A stretch of 64,000 nt of DNA, taken from positions 32,001 through 96,000 of the forward strand of contig CBDCRP010000002.1 in the NCBI GenBank assembly GCA_965221165.1. Direction: 5' to 3'. Below the pieces are notes generated by a model, which was not told the DNA's origin, ran no database searches, and worked only from the letters and a program-made list of their open reading frames with translations. The first letter of the stretch is position 1; each line of letters opens with the position of its first letter. The position numbers and the translations under genes are program-made. Positions 59,799 through 64,000 of the stretch are shown piece after piece. The stretch is from a bacterium. Its GTDB lineage: Bacteria > UBA8248.

Positions 59799-62700
59799 TT
59801 GGTAAGCCTGTCGAAATAGTCTTCTATTTCACCACGCATTCCGCTCGGAAGGCCGTCTTTCATCGCTTCCATAATTTCTTCCCTGAACTTGGCGGGCACC
59901 TTGTATTGTTCCCGATCGGGTATCAACACCTCGCTGAACTGGGTGCCGAGATTGCCATCATCCTCCCTCCCCCGCTGATCGGAGCCGCGTGGTTGGGCAA
60001 AGTTCGGATTCCTGGACCACCAGGGCCTGTTTCCGCCCATCCCCGGACGCATGGCGCCGAACCCCCTGGGCGTGCCCAGGCCCAAAGTGCCGCGCTGCGC
60101 CATCTGCTGCATGGCCTGCTGCATGGAGTTTTGTCCCTGGGCGAGTTTGCGTATCGCCTCCTCCTCGGGAGGCACCGCATGGGAGGAACTGTGTTTTTCC
60201 AGGAACGCGGCGGCTTGTTCCATCTCTTTTCCCGCCTCGGTGATTCTGCGCAGGATGCTCGGGTTGATGAATGGATACACCTGCATCATCTGACGCAACT
60301 GCTGCTCGAAATCCGCCAATCGCTTGCGCAAGGACTTCTGCCTGAAGCGCAGACCGTCGAGCTTGGCGATTTCCGTGCCGCCGGCGTCTTTTTCGGACTT
60401 CTCCAGAATCCTCTCGAGGCTCTCGGCCACCTTTTTCCAGGGCGCGGCTTCGGCGTCTTCCGCCCGCCTCGCCACTTTCGGCGCATCCGTCTTTTTCTTC
60501 GCTACCCGGGCGGGAGCGGCGCAGGGCGATTCATCGAGCGTCGCCGCCCACTCCGGCAGCCTCTGGAAGATGATTCCCCACTCCCCCTTTTTTCGCATCG
60601 CGTCTAGTTCAGAGAGCGCCCGTATCTGCTCGCGCTGGATTTTCTCGGCGCGCGCCTGGGGGGATAGTTCTTTTTCTTTCGCCGCCGGCGGTAGAAGAGA
60701 AGGCGGAATTTTCCGCGCACTCTCCGCGGGATCAGCCTTCTCTTCGGGCTCGGCCTTCTTCGCAGGCTCGGCCTTCACCAGACAATCGGAGGGCAGCGGC
60801 TTTTTCGCCAGCTCGCTTCTTGCCTCCCAATACAATCGGGCGCTTCGCGAAACGGCGGCGACGTCCTCGGGCCATTTGTTCTTGAGGCGATCCACCACAT
60901 TCTCCAGGATTCCCACCGTCTCGCCGAGGATGGCTTGCTGCTCCTCCACGATGGATGCCAGTTCATTTTGCTGACGCCTGATGGGTCTGCCTCCGCGCTG
61001 GCTCATCATCTGCTGGCGCTGGATGCCCCGCAGCGCCATGCGCATTCTCTGCAACTGGCTCATCAAGCGCCTCAGCTGCTCCAGTGCGCCCTGAAAGTTC
61101 TTCTCGTGCATCATCCGGCGAATCTGGTCGAAAGAGCGCATCATGTCCTGCATGGGCATCTCGCGCATGCTGCGCTGGTTCATGAACTCGGCGGGCATGC
61201 GCTGGGCCAGCGAAGCCATCTGCCGCATGAGCTTGCCCAACTCGGCTTTCAGTTTTTCCAGTTCCTTCGCCACACGCCTGAGCGCCTCTTCGTCCCCACC
61301 CATTTTGCGCATTTTCTCGAGCGCCTGCTCGATGGCCCTTTGTCTTTGGATCATCGATTCCGTCGTACGGCCCGCCCTGTCCACCCGGACGTTGCGCTGG
61401 ATTTCCTCGCTCATCGTGGCGAGGCGCTCGAGGGTTTCTGTCGCCTCTTCCTGCCGGGCGGCCAATTCGCGATTCAGCCTCTCTCTTTCTGCTTTCGCGT
61501 TCTTGTCCAGTTTCGATAGTCGCGAGAGCGGTTTCAGGTATTGCGAAATCGCATCGCGCAGTTGCCGCTCCAGGGTGGCCAGGTCCATGTCGGAGAGCGT
61601 CTCGCGTGGATTCTTGGGCTTGAGCACCGCCCTCGTCCGCTTGATTCTCTCCAGGATCTTGGTGGCCTTATCCTCGAGGGAGCCGCTTCTCGGGGCGGGC
61701 TTCCCTGTTTCCTTCGTCCCTTTCGTTCGCTCTTCAGGCGAGAGATCCTTCTCCAGGTAATCACCCAGCAGGTCGAGGAGTTCATTCGAAATTTCGCCCA
61801 GCTTCCTGTCCAGCCCGGCCATCACGGCTTCTCTGTCACGGACTCGAATCCGGTACGTTTTGCTCGTCCCGATCTTGGGGCCGCTCACCGTATCCACATC
61901 CGGGGCCATGAAACGATAGATGAGGATTCCCCCCGGCCGGATGCCCATGGCCCCGAAGTCGAACTCATGCTTTCCCCTCACATTTTTCTGAGGAACCTCA
62001 CCGCCCCACACCTTGATTCTTCTCGGGCGGCGGCTCCCGAGCCCGACTTCGAGATACACGTTCTTCAGGCCGAAATCATCAGTCGCCCGGTATCTCACGA
62101 TCACCTGCTCGTCGGCCTCTACCGTGATGTCCTTGGCCGGGTCCGTCGCGACCACTTTGGGATAGGCGTCGGGGATGATGTCGATTCGGTAGCGCCGGGG
62201 CGCCAGATTCGAAAATCCGTGCACATCCTTCAAGCGGACCTGATAGGAACCCGCGCCGCCCAGAATCATCTTGACGCTCAGCGAATCGCCCTCCTCCGAG
62301 GCCTTGAGCGGCAATCGCCAGCCATCGGCCAAGGAGATGAGCGCCTCTTGAACCTGTTTGTTCGTCTTTACCGCCAGGCGCACCTCTGAACCCATGTAGG
62401 CCCGTATGTGGCCGCCACTTTCCCCCTTGCCGGGTTTGAGCTTCGTGTATTCGGGCGGATATTGAACCACTGCGATGGATTCCACCCTGGGCGGGGCGAC
62501 CACACGAACATCGAGCGTCCTGGAGCGGAACCTGCCCGTACGCGCCGTAATGCGCGCATCTGCTCCGGCCGCCAGCCAGCGAGCACGAAAATGGTGAGGA
62601 GCTATTTTCTGCATGGTGATGGCCGATGGGGGTGCGGAACCTCGCTGCACCTCCAACTCCACGGAACTCGTCTCACGCCCCCTGGTATTCACTTCGAACG

Positions 62701-63340
62701 TCGCAGGCATACCGGGAAGAAGCGTCGTGCGGTCCGCCCGAATCTCCAGATGCGTGATGCGCGAGGGCATGAGGTCCGCCGCATTCGCCAGAAGATAACC
62801 CGCGCGCGGATAGAGACCCGGCCACATGAAAGCCATGAGAACCACGGCGACCGCCAGAACCGCGGCAAGCCGCCCGAGCCTTTGAAAACCGACGTGAGAG
62901 ACATAACTCTTCGGGTCGAGCGATTCCACCTCCCGGCTCGTATCGTTCACCAGCGCGTCGATGAGCGCGGGCGAGGTGGGGTCGTCGTCACCGAGTTCAC
63001 CCTTGCGCGGGAAGAGCTGGAGCGAACTGATGAGGTTGCTGCCCAGGTCCGGATGGGTATCTTCGATGTCGAGCGCGATACTTTGCCGTCTCGGGCGGCG
63101 GGTCGCCAGCCACCAGCAGCGAAGGAACGACAGACCCAGCAGAAGAATCGTCAGCCCGGCGTAGATGATGGCGGAATATCCAAAGGAAGACTGCGATACG
63201 ACCGCCGCCGGAGCGAGCAGAAAAACGGCCAAAGCGCTCAGGAGGAAAACCATCCCCGCCTCGAGACGCCTGACTTTGAGGCGAGCGCGAATCACCGAGT
63301 CCAGAAATTCGTTTATCTTCTTAAAAGATTGCTCGGCCAC
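59795..63340 (-). CDS. DUF4175-like large membrane-anchored Ig + coiled-coil protein
   Basis: Three N-terminal TMs, PPEYT, ATDDFGL, long Q/M-rich coiled-coils and a C-terminal EDYFDRL. Confidence 0.8.
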   Translation of the reverse strand: MAEQSFKKINEFLDSVIRARLKVRRLEAGMVFLLSALAVFLLAPAAVVSQSSFGYSAIIYAGLTILLLGLSFLRCWWLATRRPRRQSIALDIEDTHPDLGSNLISSLQLFPRKGELGDDDPTSPALIDALVNDTSREVESLDPKSYVSHVGFQRLGRLAAVLAVAVVLMAFMWPGLYPRAGYLLANAADLMPSRITHLEIRADRTTLLPGMPATFEVNTRGRETSSVELEVQRGSAPPSAITMQKIAPHHFRARWLAAGADARITARTGRFRSRTLDVRVVAPPRVESIAVVQYPPEYTKLKPGKGESGGHIRAYMGSEVRLAVKTNKQVQEALISLADGWRLPLKASEEGDSLSVKMILGGAGSYQVRLKDVHGFSNLAPRRYRIDIIPDAYPKVVATDPAKDITVEADEQVIVRYRATDDFGLKNVYLEVGLGSRRPRRIKVWGGEVPQKNVRGKHEFDFGAMGIRPGGILIYRFMAPDVDTVSGPKIGTSKTYRIRVRDREAVMAGLDRKLGEISNELLDLLGDYLEKDLSPEERTKGTKETGKPAPRSGSLEDKATKILERIKRTRAVLKPKNPRETLSDMDLATLERQLRDAISQYLKPLSRLSKLDKNAKAERERLNRELAARQEEATETLERLATMSEEIQRNVRVDRAGRTTESMIQRQRAIEQALEKMRKMGGDEEALRRVAKELEKLKAELGKLMRQMASLAQRMPAEFMNQRSMREMPMQDMMRSFDQIRRMMHEKNFQGALEQLRRLMSQLQRMRMALRGIQRQQMMSQRGGRPIRRQQNELASIVEEQQAILGETVGILENVVDRLKNKWPEDVAAVSRSARLYWEARSELAKKPLPSDCLVKAEPAKKAEPEEKADPAESARKIPPSLLPPAAKEKELSPQARAEKIQREQIRALSELDAMRKKGEWGIIFQRLPEWAATLDESPCAAPARVAKKKTDAPKVARRAEDAEAAPWKKVAESLERILEKSEKDAGGTEIAKLDGLRFRQKSLRKRLADFEQQLRQMMQVYPFINPSILRRITEAGKEMEQAAAFLEKHSSSHAVPPEEEAIRKLAQGQNSMQQAMQQMAQRGTLGLGTPRGFGAMRPGMGGNRPWWSRNPNFAQPRGSDQRGREDDGNLGTQFSEVLIPDREQYKVPAKFREEIMEAMKDGLPSGMRGEIEDYFDRLTK

Positions 63341-63451
63341 CTCTCGTTTCCTTCACATGAGTGAACGGCGACAAGCATAAATTCAATGCATATTACATCA
63401 AATACATGAACGCGCGGTATCCATGAGAAACCGGCCCCGACTCGTGCGCTC

Positions 63452-64000
63452 TCAAGCCAATCCCCATAGCCTTCTGATGGTCCACTCCAGACCCGGCAGC
63501 AAAATGAGAATCATCCCGATCCAGGGAATGCTCCAGAGCCTCACGTCGCGCACTTCCATCACCCTGTGCGGCACCTTGCCTTTGAGAGCCGCCAGAACGC
63601 GGTCGGTCAAATTCTCCTTCCCCACCGTATCCCCCCGGAAAAACAGCCCTCCCGTGTGCTTGGCCAGCGTTTGCAGGCTCTCCCAACGCGGGCTGACGTC
63701 GGCCCACTCCGCCTTGCCCGCCTCGCGACCGATGCCGATCGTCCGCACCGCCTCACCGATTACCCGACCTCCCTGGACTGCCGTCATCTTCGCCCGATAG
63801 CTTCCGTTCCCCCGGGGACGGAAGCGAATCTCGAACTCCCGGGAATCCGGGCGATACACCGCGCGATACCGATTGGTGACGCCATAGGGATTGCGAAGCT
63901 GAACCTGCACCTGCGCCGCCTGGGCGGGCTGATAGGATTCATCCCTCACCTGCATTCTAAGGGCGTACATTCCATCTTTGGTCTGTTCCGCCTCGGGAAG
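63452..64000 (-). CDS. C-terminal part of a large membrane protein of the MoxR/BatA operon (5' end outside the window)
   Basis: L..LA..TGG motif and terminal TM ...LEWTIRRLWGLA, typical of GATase/vWA members of these operons. Confidence 0.75.
   Translation of the reverse strand, partial: LPEAEQTKDGMYALRMQVRDESYQPAQAAQVQVQLRNPYGVTNRYRAVYRPDSREFEIRFRPRGNGSYRAKMTAVQGGRVIGEAVRTIGIGREAGKAEWADVSPRWESLQTLAKHTGGLFFRGDTVGKENLTDRVLAALKGKVPHRVMEVRDVRLWSIPWIGMILILLPGLEWTIRRLWGLA

Noticed and set aside
1-64000. Genome-wide UGA reassignment, CRISPR arrays, IS elements
   Set aside because: Many genes end normally at TGA, and read-through is implied only at two catalytic Cys positions. No regularly spaced repeats or transposase motifs were seen.

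Overview
GC-rich (about 60% by eye) bacterial chromosomal window with roughly 60 genes. The ccsA-hemACDB block, the MoxR/DUF58/BatA operon and the many LLM/SDR/molybdoenzyme genes suggest a deep-branching Gram-negative heterotroph, possibly Nitrospinota/Tectomicrobia-like (inference). Housekeeping content: mtaB, glnA, meaB, thiolase/crotonase, hemABCD, pyrD/pyrK, a ClC channel and a PlsC-family acyltransferase. Several signals are missed or misread by the ORF track. (1) Two probable selenoproteins have in-frame UGA at the catalytic Cys: a DsbA/FrnE-like UPWC protein and a tandem rhodanese with a clean SECIS-like hairpin. (2) An actinobacterial GlnR-like regulator sits before glnA, with a GAAAC-N6-GAAAC repeat over the -35 position. 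(3) A small basic protein plus an ADP-ribosyltransferase-fold gene look like a chaperone-less toxin-antitoxin/defence pair. (4) A nine-gene uncharacterised catabolic cluster encodes PEP-hydrolase-like TIM barrel, Tm-1-like ATP-binding protein, altered SdhA-like flavoprotein, HIBADH, UbiX, small protein, FdrA, FdrA-associated peptide and amidase. (5) A three-part VOC/TAXI/TRAP mosaic deletion scar is present. (6) Molybdo-flavoprotein subunits are split over two loci. (7) Three genes appear to start at CTG, ATC or ATT. No CRISPR array, rRNA, complete tRNA or transposase was seen. All family calls come from motif recognition, without database searches.
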